From Rickettsiales bacterium (GTDB taxonomy: Bacteria; Pseudomonadota; Alphaproteobacteria; Rs-D84), in contig JAISCX010000002.1 in NCBI GenBank assembly GCA_031265235.1, positions 22,939 through 86,938 on the forward strand: a DNA stretch of 64,000 bases, written 5' to 3'. The notes beneath the pieces are model-generated. The model saw only the letters and a program-made list of their open reading frames with translations, had not been told where the DNA came from and searched no databases. Within the stretch, counting starts at the first letter, position 1. Each line of letters starts with the position of its first letter. Made by a program: the position numbers and the translations under genes. Below, piece after piece: positions 10,582 through 19,021 of the stretch.

Positions 10582-11139
10582 ATGAAAAAAACAAAATCTT
10601 TGCTTTTTGCTATCTGCGCTCTGCTATTTGCGCCGCTTGCTGCGAATGCCGCGCCGGAATTGGTGTTGTATTATTCCCCGACGTGCCCGCACTGCCATAA
10701 TGCGCAAGAATTTATTATGCAGAATCTGGTAATCGAATACCGTTCGCTGGTTGTTGCCCAGGTTAATGTTTCTACACAATCCAATGCCAATGAGTTTCAA
10801 GAAGCTGTTAAAAAGTGCAAGCTGGATTCATTCGGCGTGCCGCTGGTTGTGATTGGTGAAAAATGTTTCCAGGGATACGGCCTGACAACCGGCCAGGAAT
10901 ATAGGGAAGCAATCAATGCAGAGCTATCTGCGGAAGAAGTTGCCGAAGCATCGGAAAGCCGCAAGGCGCTGGATGCCAATCCAGAAGAAGTGCGCAAAGC
11001 TTCTGCCGACAGAATCAACGCCGTCCAGAATTCCGAAAAAAAAAATGATGGCAAAAGCTATGTATTCCTATACGCTCTGTTCGGAATATTGCTGATTGCG
11101 TTCGGCTTTGTAGCATTGTCAAAAAAGAAAAAGAAATAA
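10582..11139 (+). CDS. periplasmic thioredoxin-fold protein (CPHC active site), C-terminally anchored
   Basis: Signal peptide, YYSPTCPHCH motif, C-terminal hydrophobic helix plus a KKKKK tail. Confidence 0.6.
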   Translation: MKKTKSLLFAICALLFAPLAANAAPELVLYYSPTCPHCHNAQEFIMQNLVIEYRSLVVAQVNVSTQSNANEFQEAVKKCKLDSFGVPLVVIGEKCFQGYGLTTGQEYREAINAELSAEEVAEASESRKALDANPEEVRKASADRINAVQNSEKKNDGKSYVFLYALFGILLIAFGFVALSKKKKK

Positions 11140-11215
11140 AAGTGTCAGTGCAAGTAGTTAGGATTGTTGAATGAATATGTTTACCATCCGAAGCACTTGC
11201 ACTTGCACTTGCACT
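11140..11215. repeat. palindromic heptamer-repeat element, family B (GTGCAAG/CTTGCAC arms), empty copy
   Basis: Left arm gtgtcagtgcaagtag and right arm cacttgcacttgcacttgcac around a ~40-nt spacer; the same arms occur at 27508/27899 and 50744-50848. Confidence 0.7.
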
Positions 11216-11219
11216 AATC

Positions 11220-11987
11220 ATGTTTGACCTGACAATTCTTGATTATATTTATATTGGGCTGATCTTGGTGTCCACGGTTTGGGCTTCGATCCGTGGCGGC
11301 GTTTACGAGACTGTCACAATGATTTCGTGGCTTGCGGCCGCGCTGGTCGCCCGGTTTGTCTCTCCGTATTTGAACGAACTTTTCCAAAGCTGGTTCAAGC
11401 TGCCGGAACCAACCATCGGAACGCTGGTCGCAAGTTACTTTATCATATTTTTTGTAATACTTGTGGCGTTCAGCTTTTTCAATCAAAAGCTGCGCGACCG
11501 CGTCCAGGAAAGCATGATGCGCGTTACCGATCATACGCTTGGCATAGTGTTCGGCATAATCCGCGGAATCGTCGTAATGGGGATTGTATATTGGGGATTG
11601 CTTTGGTATTATTCAGAGATGCCGTTGCCGTCATACATCGCAGATGCCAGGACCCGGCCTATAATGCAGCTGACTGCGGTCCAGATTCACAAATGGTTTA
11701 TCCCGGGACATAACAAATTGCTGGATGCGGACATGACGGGCGCGGAATCCGCGCAATCGGTATATGAAAATCTGATCAATCCGAAAGTCCAATCACTGGA
11801 CGCCAAACAGACAGATGATTCTGAAAAGCCCGTATCGGAAAAGCCGGAAAACGCAAAAGCGGAATCATCGGCCGCGACCGACAAGGCGGCGGAAGAATCC
11901 GATGCGAATGCCGGGACGGGATACAAAGATTCGGAACGGGATTTGTTGGAAAACAAATTGCTGCAAATAGAAAGCATTCCTGAATAA
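11220..11987 (+). CDS. cvpA: CvpA-family membrane protein
   Basis: N-terminal multi-TM region with a CvpA-like pattern (ILVSTVWASIRG..), acidic C-terminal tail. Confidence 0.55.
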   Translation: MFDLTILDYIYIGLILVSTVWASIRGGVYETVTMISWLAAALVARFVSPYLNELFQSWFKLPEPTIGTLVASYFIIFFVILVAFSFFNQKLRDRVQESMMRVTDHTLGIVFGIIRGIVVMGIVYWGLLWYYSEMPLPSYIADARTRPIMQLTAVQIHKWFIPGHNKLLDADMTGAESAQSVYENLINPKVQSLDAKQTDDSEKPVSEKPENAKAESSAATDKAAEESDANAGTGYKDSERDLLENKLLQIESIPE

Positions 11988-12005
11988 GGCGTATTTTGCC
12001 GATAA

Positions 12006-12707
12006 TTATTCGCGCCAATAGACAGATTCAAGCAGGCTGTTCAAAGTCGCCCTCAAACCATTGTCATTAAAAAATTGCGAACGCGCTTCGGGTGTTGTTT
12101 TATTGTCTTCCGGTTCGAAATGCGGGATATATTTTTGGATCGCGACCGTTTTAACGCCGCGCCCAGACAGTAAATTTGCAATTTCAACCAAGCTTTCCTT
12201 GGTTACGAATCTGGGGTCGCATGTTATTCTGACTTCGCCGTCCTTTTTTGATGCAATCCATATGTCCAGGCTTTGAATCATTCTGTCGTATGCAACCGTG
12301 CTGCCCACCAGTGTGGGATATTGTTCTTTCGTCGTTTTGAAATCAATCCCTGTCCAATCGATAAATGGCAGCGCGCGTTCGAAAACTTCCGGATAAAAGC
12401 CGTTCGTATGCAGTCCGATTTTGAAATCCATGTCGCGAACGCGCTTTATATAATCAATCGCGGTGTCGCCCTGCATCAGTGCCTCGCCGCCGGAAAAAAC
12501 GACCGCATCCAGCTTGCCTTGCCGGTCGCGCAGCCATTCCAAGACTTTATCTGGGTCATACTCGTCGCCGCCGGATTCAAACAAATGCGGATTTGAACAA
12601 TACGCGCAGCGGATCGGACAGCCGTAAAAAAATAAAACCGCGGCCAGCTTTCCCGGATAATCAATCGTTGTGAACGGCGTGATTCCGCCAATCTGAATCT
12701 GCTTCAT
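12006..12707 (-). CDS. nrdG: anaerobic ribonucleoside-triphosphate reductase activating protein (radical SAM)
   Basis: GCPIRCAYCSNPH CxxxCxxC motif; start taken at MKQIQIGG within the longer track ORF. Confidence 0.85.
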   Translation of the reverse strand: MKQIQIGGITPFTTIDYPGKLAAVLFFYGCPIRCAYCSNPHLFESGGDEYDPDKVLEWLRDRQGKLDAVVFSGGEALMQGDTAIDYIKRVRDMDFKIGLHTNGFYPEVFERALPFIDWTGIDFKTTKEQYPTLVGSTVAYDRMIQSLDIWIASKKDGEVRITCDPRFVTKESLVEIANLLSGRGVKTVAIQKYIPHFEPEDNKTTPEARSQFFNDNGLRATLNSLLESVYWRE

Positions 12708-12915
12708 TTGGTTTAGGCCGCTTTTTTTAACAAGGTCTGGTGTCTGGCGCCGGCGGATATGCTGTTCTGTTCGGAAAATGTCCTGCGTTCGCAAAATTCG
12801 GAATATTTGCCGATATTAAAATGCTGCACCGGTCTGATAAAACCCATAGAGCGTGAAAAGATTTCACATTTTGTTCTTTGCGGCACTTGGTTGTCGTTCA
12901 TTTTTTACTCCTTTT

Positions 12916-14952
12916 TTATTTTAATAAAGCTTCGTTCGCGGCGTTCAATTCCGCATCGCACTTTGGACAGAATTCATGTTTGCCGGGCAGATAGCCGTGT
13001 TTGGGGCATATTGAAAATGTCGGCGTCAGCGTCATATATGGCAGCTTGTAATTTTCAAAAATGGTTTTTACAATCTTTTGCGCCGCCTCGCCGCTGGATA
13101 CGGGTTCGCCCAGATACAAATGAAACATCGTGCCGCCGGTATATTTTCGCTGAAACGGCTCTTGATGTTCCAATGCGACGAACGGGTCGTCCGTATAGCT
13201 TACCGGCAGTTGCGTGGAATTGGTGTAATACGGCGCATCCGGTGTTCCAGCCGTTATGATATCCGGAAAGTTTCTGACATCCGTTTTTGCAAAGCGGTAA
13301 GAACATCCTTCGGCTGGCGTCGCCTCTAAATTATATAAATTTCCCGTTTGCTCTTGAAAGTCCGACAAATTGTCGCGAATGAAATCCATTACGTCCAGAA
13401 CAAGCTGTCTGCCGAAATTCGTTGATATATCGTCGGTTCCGCTTGTGAAATTCAGAACCATTTCGTTCGCGCCGTTAACACCGATAGTGGAAAAATGATG
13501 ATTCCAATTGCCCAGATATCTTTTTGTAAACGGATACAATCCGCGTTTTATGTTTTTTGAAATAATGTCGCGTTTGATTTCCAGCGAATCGCGCGCCAAA
13601 TCAAGCAGTCTTTTCAATTCCTTGAACAATCCTTCGCGGTCGCCTTTGTTAGTGTATCCCAAACGCGCCAAGTTTACCGTGACGACCCCGATGGAACCGG
13701 TCTTTTCGGCAGATCCGAACAAGCCGCCGCCGCGTTTCATCAATTCGCGGACATCCAGCTGCAAACGGCAGCACATCGAACGAACGTCTGTCGGATTTAA
13801 ATCCGAATTCAGAAAATTCTGGAAATTCGGGATTCCGTATTTTGCCGTCAATTCAAACAAAGGCTTTACATTCGGATGATCCCATGGAAAATCCGGGGTG
13901 ATGTTATATGTCGGAATCGGGAATGTGAACGGGCGGCCATGCGCGTCGCCTTCGGTCATTACTTCTAGAAAAGCTTTGTTTATAATGTCCATTTCCGCTT
14001 GCAGTTCGCCGTATGTGAACGGCACGTGCCCTTTTCCGATAAACGGATGCTGGTCCCTTAAATCCTCTGGACACACCCAATCGAATGTGAAATTAATAAA
14101 AGGCGTCTGCGTTCCCCATCTGCACGGCACGGCACAGTTGAATATCAGCGTCTGCATGGCGCTCTTGACATCCGCGTATGCCAGATTGTCCAGCCGGACA
14201 TATGGCGCCAGATATGTATCGACGCTAGAAAATGCCTGCGCGCCGGCGAATTCGTTCTGCAACGTGCCCAGAAAGTTGACCATATGCGAAACTGCGGTCG
14301 CCATATGTTTCGCCGGCTTGCATTGCAGATATCCTTCGACACCGTTGAATCCTTCGTATAACAGTTCGCGCAATGACCAGCCCGCGCAATAGCCCGTAAG
14401 CCATCCCAGATCGTGAATGTGAATCGCTGCTGTCTTGTGGGCGTCGCCAACTGCTTTCGGATACAGGTTCAGCCAATATTCCGCGGTCATGCGTTCCGTC
14501 GTGCGCAGAATCATCCCGCCGATGGAATAGCCGATATTTGCATTTTCCTTGATTCGCCAATCGTGCGCGCTGACATATCCGTCGATCACTTCGACAGCGT
14601 CAACCATGGAATTTCTGATTTCGCTGCGCTTTTGACGGTATATGATATAAGATTCGGCCGTTTTATACGCGCGCAAGTCCATCAGTGTTTGAATGACTGT
14701 ATCTTGGATGCTTTCTATGTCGGGGACTTGGCTTTTGAACTGGTCTTCCAATTTTCCCAGCGCGTGTCTGGCAGCGTTCAAAATTTCGGTATCGTTCAAT
14801 TCTTCCGTAACTGCGGCGGCCTTTTTTATAACATTAAATATCCGCATTGAATCGAACGGGGCAATGTCACCGTCACGTTTTTTTACCGTTTTTATACAGC
14901 AGGGCAAATCTTTGCCCGTGATACTTGATTGATTATTGTTTGGTTTTTGCAT
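12916..14952 (-). CDS. nrdD: anaerobic ribonucleoside-triphosphate reductase (class III)
   Basis: 678 aa, N-terminal ATP-cone, C-terminal Zn-ribbon CPKHG..CPKCD, glycyl-radical enzyme architecture; nrdG follows on the same strand. Confidence 0.9.
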   Translation of the reverse strand: MQKPNNNQSSITGKDLPCCIKTVKKRDGDIAPFDSMRIFNVIKKAAAVTEELNDTEILNAARHALGKLEDQFKSQVPDIESIQDTVIQTLMDLRAYKTAESYIIYRQKRSEIRNSMVDAVEVIDGYVSAHDWRIKENANIGYSIGGMILRTTERMTAEYWLNLYPKAVGDAHKTAAIHIHDLGWLTGYCAGWSLRELLYEGFNGVEGYLQCKPAKHMATAVSHMVNFLGTLQNEFAGAQAFSSVDTYLAPYVRLDNLAYADVKSAMQTLIFNCAVPCRWGTQTPFINFTFDWVCPEDLRDQHPFIGKGHVPFTYGELQAEMDIINKAFLEVMTEGDAHGRPFTFPIPTYNITPDFPWDHPNVKPLFELTAKYGIPNFQNFLNSDLNPTDVRSMCCRLQLDVRELMKRGGGLFGSAEKTGSIGVVTVNLARLGYTNKGDREGLFKELKRLLDLARDSLEIKRDIISKNIKRGLYPFTKRYLGNWNHHFSTIGVNGANEMVLNFTSGTDDISTNFGRQLVLDVMDFIRDNLSDFQEQTGNLYNLEATPAEGCSYRFAKTDVRNFPDIITAGTPDAPYYTNSTQLPVSYTDDPFVALEHQEPFQRKYTGGTMFHLYLGEPVSSGEAAQKIVKTIFENYKLPYMTLTPTFSICPKHGYLPGKHEFCPKCDAELNAANEALLK

Positions 14953-15014
14953 ATATCATGCCTCGTTACATTACAAATGCCGAATCACAACATCTGGCAC
15001 TGTTTTTAAGTTAT

Positions 15015-15032
15015 GAACACAATATATAGTTT
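15015..15032 (-). promoter_or_regulatory. NrdR-box-like palindrome in the nrdD leader
   Basis: acacaatatatagttt matches about 13/16 of the NrdR consensus acaCwAtATaTwGtgt, 65-80 bp upstream of the nrdD start. Confidence 0.35.
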
Positions 15033-15207
15033 TTAGGTTTTTCTAACAATGAAAAAAAATGCTTTTTTTGCACATTTTTCACTTTACTTTTTAAAACCCT
15101 ATGAAATCTTGGAATAGGAATTTTTAAATAAATACAAAACAGGGTTTTGTGTATATATTCCTTTTGAACCTTTTAATATTCGGATTGTCCGGTGCGTATA
15201 TTTTTGT

Positions 15208-15330
15208 ATCGGAACCCCCCGCCACTCATGACCCTCGTTCAAGTACTGTGCGATAAATAAAACCCCCCGCAGGCTTGCGCTATACGGGGGACTCCTCTCC
15301 TTCCGGGATCCGGAAACTTTATTTAGCCCA
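15208..15330 (-). terminator. intrinsic terminator hairpins downstream of the 15379-15717 ORF
   Basis: On the minus strand the 6-bp hairpin ttccgg-gat-ccggaa is followed by CCCCCG..CGGGGGG and a U-run (gttttattta). Confidence 0.45.
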
Positions 15331-15378
15331 AAATCAATATATAACGGTATTGTTTATTAGATTTTGGACTGTTAACCG

Positions 15379-15717
15379 TTAAGCGGCCATGGCGATTTTT
15401 TCCGATTGAATGGTCACGATGCTTTCGTCCAAAACTTTTTTCGCTTCTGCAAATACCATTTCTTTCACGCGCAGGGCCAGATCCGCGGTTTCCAAACTTT
15501 CCGCCGCGACGGAAAAATTATCGGATCTGATTTGCAATGACACGAATGCGCCGACAAGACTTGTCCGTGGCAGGTCTTCGATGGTGCGCGGCGAACTTCC
15601 TGCGCCTATGTGCAGTTCGTCGGCGAGCGACACAATCTGGCGGTCGGCATTAACCCAAACGGTGGTTGTCAGGACTTTATCCAGGGCCATCATGATTTCT
15701 TTTATATTTTTTGGCAT
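15379..15717 (-). CDS. hypothetical protein (roadblock/LC7-like size and composition)
   Basis: 112-aa ORF with no strong motif. Confidence 0.3.
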   Translation of the reverse strand: MPKNIKEIMMALDKVLTTTVWVNADRQIVSLADELHIGAGSSPRTIEDLPRTSLVGAFVSLQIRSDNFSVAAESLETADLALRVKEMVFAEAKKVLDESIVTIQSEKIAMAA

Positions 15718-16095
15718 CCCACGCTCTCCTTTTTAGTAATCAGTAATCAGATCGGCAATCAGTAATTTTTGTTACGGATTTCGATTTCTAAAAACCGAAA
15801 GTTTGTTTATATCCAATTTTCTTGGTTTTCCGCCTATTTCAAGCGTAAATACCTTTGTCTACACACGAATCATAAAACAAAAGCGAATCGGCTGTCAACA
15901 TTATTTTTAAGAAAATTAATAATCGGCGGAAATCTGGGATATTTTTTATACAAAATCAACGTCATAGCCAAAGCACATCATTTTTGCAAACGTTTTTTAT
16001 CACATACACGCGTCAATACAAAATAGGGGATGGCGTGCCTCGCAAAATGATTTTATAACTTGCACCAAATCTTGCCGTAGCGTAAGCGAAGGCGG

Positions 16096-16195
16096 ATGGC
16101 GTCCCCACCAGGAATCGAACCTGGATCTAATTCTTAGGAGTTCTTGGCTCTTTGGCGGATTGATTCTACCAAAGCCACAACTACCAAGCGTTTTG
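16096..16195 (-). pseudogene. degenerate tRNA-Arg(CCT)-derived pseudo-tRNA
   Basis: 3' half (anticodon loop CTCCTAA, T-arm GGTTCGATTCC, GCCA end) aligns with the adjacent tRNA-Arg; ~20-nt insertion in the D/anticodon region; no complementary 5' acceptor strand. Confidence 0.5.
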
Positions 16196-16291
16196 GGGCA
16201 TCTAGTTTTTTCTTGAAAATCCGTGGCTAACCTATGGCTAACTTTTCCCATAAATCATAAGACAGCATAATCAGGTTTCCAAGTAAAATTC

Positions 16292-16367
16292 TGGCGTTCC
16301 CAATAGGAATCGAACCTATATCTGACCCTTAGGAGGGGTCTATTCTATCCAATTGAACTATGGGAAC
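16292..16367 (-). tRNA. tRNA-Arg (anticodon CCT)
   Basis: Acceptor gttccca/tgggaac perfect; anticodon stem gaccc/gggtc with loop CTCCTAA; CCA encoded. Confidence 0.85.
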
Positions 16368-16441
16368 AAACCTGCGGCGCATTATATCGGGATTTTGCCA
16401 AAAATCAATCGACAAATTGCTTTGGGGCGGTGGCGGGGCTT

Positions 16442-17266
16442 TTATTTACCCAAGATCATTTTGACCATATCAAGGCAAAGAAAAACTGGAATCGCGGACA
16501 AATTGACGTCTGACCGTGCGTCATCGTTCAAGACAATCTTGTCGGGTGTGATATCGCCATAATACAAATTGGCGTTGCTGTGTTTAATTTTGCAGTATTC
16601 TGCATAAAACAGCACAAACTGCCTATCCAAATTGATATTGGTCTGACTATCTTTTATGTGGCGTTCCACAACTTTTTTACGAAATGGGCGCAGGTAATCT
16701 TCAACTATCGGCAAATTATAAAAATCGCAGATACATTTTTTCTTATCAGAATTGGAATTTTTTGGATCTTTCAAAAATTTAATGCGGGTGGCATTTGCTT
16801 TTTTCGCTTCTTTATCCGCTTTAATCGCTAAATGTCCGTTATATTCCAAAACGCCCAAGCCTTCTAAAAAAGCAGTTTTTATATCTTCGTCTTGTAAATT
16901 TGTAATATCATAATCAAGTATGTCGCAAAGACCACGAAGCGTGCTTTTTGCTACATATTTACGGGCATTGTTCGGGGCATCTTTGGCATAACTGATTATA
17001 GAGCAAGTTTCTAATATGTGTCCGGCGATAAGCATTGCATCTGTAAAATGATTATTATCAACCAGCAATAAATACGATTTTATGGATTCGTTGAGTTTCT
17101 TTAATTGCATTTTGATATTCATATCGGCGACAGGCGCGCCCCTGTCAATAACATCAGGCACATCGAACGATGTTTGGCGGATTGATTCTACGTATTCATT
17201 TTTTGTCTGCGGTTTCATATCAGAGCATTTTATTATTTGGTTTTTGGTGTTTCTTTTGTTAGACAA
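16442..17266 (-). CDS. hypothetical island protein (R-x6-H HEPN-like motif RKKVVERH)
   Basis: 274-aa ORF in the AT-rich islet with no clear family. Confidence 0.4.
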   Translation of the reverse strand: MSNKRNTKNQIIKCSDMKPQTKNEYVESIRQTSFDVPDVIDRGAPVADMNIKMQLKKLNESIKSYLLLVDNNHFTDAMLIAGHILETCSIISYAKDAPNNARKYVAKSTLRGLCDILDYDITNLQDEDIKTAFLEGLGVLEYNGHLAIKADKEAKKANATRIKFLKDPKNSNSDKKKCICDFYNLPIVEDYLRPFRKKVVERHIKDSQTNINLDRQFVLFYAEYCKIKHSNANLYYGDITPDKIVLNDDARSDVNLSAIPVFLCLDMVKMILGK

Positions 17267-17808
17267 AATTCATTGCCATTTTTTGTATATATAAAAACAT
17301 TCATATTGTCGCTCATAAAATCTTTTTCTATGATCTCAAATGGAAGCATAGGCACAAATATACAAGTGACTTCTTTGTTGGGTGGTAAAATTTGTTCCTG
17401 ATTTTTGTTAATGTTGAGATTCGGCGGTATTTGATTGACATTACCTGTCACTAAATCTTTAATCGTTATCCCATATTCCGCATTAAAAAACGCTGCTCTA
17501 TTCGTTTTATTATTAAGCACCAATCGTATCGCGCACTGGTGAGCGACAGGATTACCATTTTTCCCGACCGATGGCTCATTTGGCATATGGGGTATTTTTA
17601 ATATTGTATATGTTCCGGTTATATTTTCTGTTGGTATAAAGATTTTATCCCATAAAGCCGTTATAACCGCGCCAATTGTTCCGACAACAATTAGTGTGTT
17701 TAATACTAAATCAGACCAACCCGTTTCTTTAATCCAATGCAAATAAATAGCAAGCGATATAAACAACAAAGACGCGATACAAAAACTTATAAAAATAGAC
17801 TTTTTCAT
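17233..17808 (-). CDS. hypothetical membrane protein
   Basis: 191 aa with two N-terminal TM helices; AT-rich codon usage; overlaps the upstream ORF by 34 nt. Confidence 0.4.
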   Translation of the reverse strand: MKKSIFISFCIASLLFISLAIYLHWIKETGWSDLVLNTLIVVGTIGAVITALWDKIFIPTENITGTYTILKIPHMPNEPSVGKNGNPVAHQCAIRLVLNNKTNRAAFFNAEYGITIKDLVTGNVNQIPPNLNINKNQEQILPPNKEVTCIFVPMLPFEIIEKDFMSDNMNVFIYTKNGNEFCLTKETPKTK

Positions 17809-18035
17809 TATTTATCCTATATATTCTTTTTCACAAGAAAATATAGCAAAAAACTATCCTAATTCAAGGCATTTTAGGTTAAAAACTATGTGCAGGTTCA
17901 TTTCCAGCGCATTTTACATTTTTGTTTGGAAATTGCAAGAATTTGTAAGTCTTGCGTTATAATTGCATAATAAAGACCGGTCCCAGCCGTTTTATGCTCT
18001 TTTTGATAATGCATGGATATTAAAGATTCAAGAAG

Positions 18036-18112
18036 TGGGGCGAATGACGGGGTTCGAACCCGCGACAACCGGTACCACAAACCGGCGCTCTACCAGCTGA
18101 GCTACATCCGCC
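18036..18112 (-). tRNA. tRNA-His (anticodon GTG)
   Basis: Extra 5' G(-1) pairing with the discriminator C, anticodon loop TTGTGGT, T-loop TTCGAAC, CCA encoded. Confidence 0.85.
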
Positions 18113-18204
18113 AACGTCCGCACATTTTATATGCCGCCGCGTTAAAAGTCAAATAAATTTAGGATAATGGTTTCAAACAACGGATATTTGTGTCGCCAAA
18201 GAAA

Positions 18205-18858
18205 AAACAGCCGGAAATTATCCGACTGTCCGATATGGTGGAAGATATTTGACAAGTTTCGAACTAATTCACCCGATGAAATTATGGAATTGGCTCGAAA
18301 TATCAAAGATTTTAAACAAAAATTATCTTTTCAAGCCCAGCAATAATAAGGCAACAAGTCGCCCAATGTTTTAACTTCGCCATGGTCTAGGATTATTTCA
18401 GTATTTATATTGTCAGTATTCGTTTGATACATCATTTCACGACAACGACCACAGGGCGATAATATTTTACCGGATTTATGAAACGCAACTATTTTTGCAA
18501 TTTTTGTCTCGCCTGCTTTTAGCATTTCGGCAATTGCGGCGGCTTCCGCACAAAATCCGAGGCCGCAGGTCATATTTATACTAATTCCAGTGTAAATATT
18601 GCCATTGACTGTTAATAAAGCGCACCCAACGCTTCTTGCGCGATTGTCTTTATTGCCATTAAGCGAAATTGGATTAACGAGTTCGGAAGCAATTTTAATT
18701 AGATTATCATTCATAATAATTGTGTCCTTTTTTCTGATGCTAGTTCGAAACTGGCCGAAAAGCAATAAAATTTGAAAATAATAGTCTCGAACTGGGCGTG
18801 AAATAAAGCAGGAATAAGAAAACAGCCGGAAATTATCCGACTGTCCGATATGGTGGAG
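18205..18858. mobile_element. ~0.6-kb cassette flanked by perfect 39-bp direct repeats at the tRNA-Ala(GGC) 3' end
   Basis: aaaacagccggaaattatccgactgtccgatatggtgga occurs at 18205-18243 and 18820-18858; the second copy includes the first 7 nt (CCA end) of tRNA-Ala; the cargo is a low-GC cytidine-deaminase-like gene. Confidence 0.6.
18331..18714 (-). CDS. cytidine/deoxycytidylate-deaminase-fold zinc enzyme (cytidine or blasticidin-S deaminase-like)
   Basis: CAEAAAI ... PCGRCRE zinc-binding motifs; start taken at MNDNLIK. Confidence 0.65.
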   Translation of the reverse strand: MNDNLIKIASELVNPISLNGNKDNRARSVGCALLTVNGNIYTGISINMTCGLGFCAEAAAIAEMLKAGETKIAKIVAFHKSGKILSPCGRCREMMYQTNTDNINTEIILDHGEVKTLGDLLPYYCWA

Positions 18859-18926
18859 CTGAAGAGACTCGAACTCTCGACCCCTTGCATGCCATGCAAG
18901 TGCTCTACCAACTGAGCTACAACCCC
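18851..18926 (-). tRNA. tRNA-Ala (anticodon GGC)
   Basis: ggggttgtagctcagttggtagagc..., anticodon stem cttgc/gcaag with loop ATGGCAT, CCA encoded. Confidence 0.85.
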
Positions 18927-19021
18927 GGTGTCTGAAATTATTATAGTGCGAATTTGCGTCATTCTAACAATTTTAGAACGGGCGTATTTTATATGCTTAC
19001 CCGCGAAAAGTCAAATGGATA

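Larger units (their letters stand above)
16423..18035. mobile_element. AT-rich islet at the tRNA-His 3' end, bounded by a degenerate repeat of that end
   Basis: tggggcggtggcgggg at 16423-16438 matches 14/17 of the tRNA-His 3' end tggggcgaatgacgggg at 18036; the enclosed ~1.6 kb is visibly AT-rich and encodes two orphan proteins. Confidence 0.5.

Noticed and set aside
15290-15330. Possible SRP RNA (4.5S) domain IV: minus-strand cccggaaggagaggag resembles CCGGAAGGAAGCAGC
   Set aside because: No supporting helix can be drawn around the GGAA. The local structure is better explained as the simple hairpin ttccgg-gat-ccggaa plus a downstream C5/G6 terminator hairpin. No 5'/3' terminal helix typical of ffs is present.
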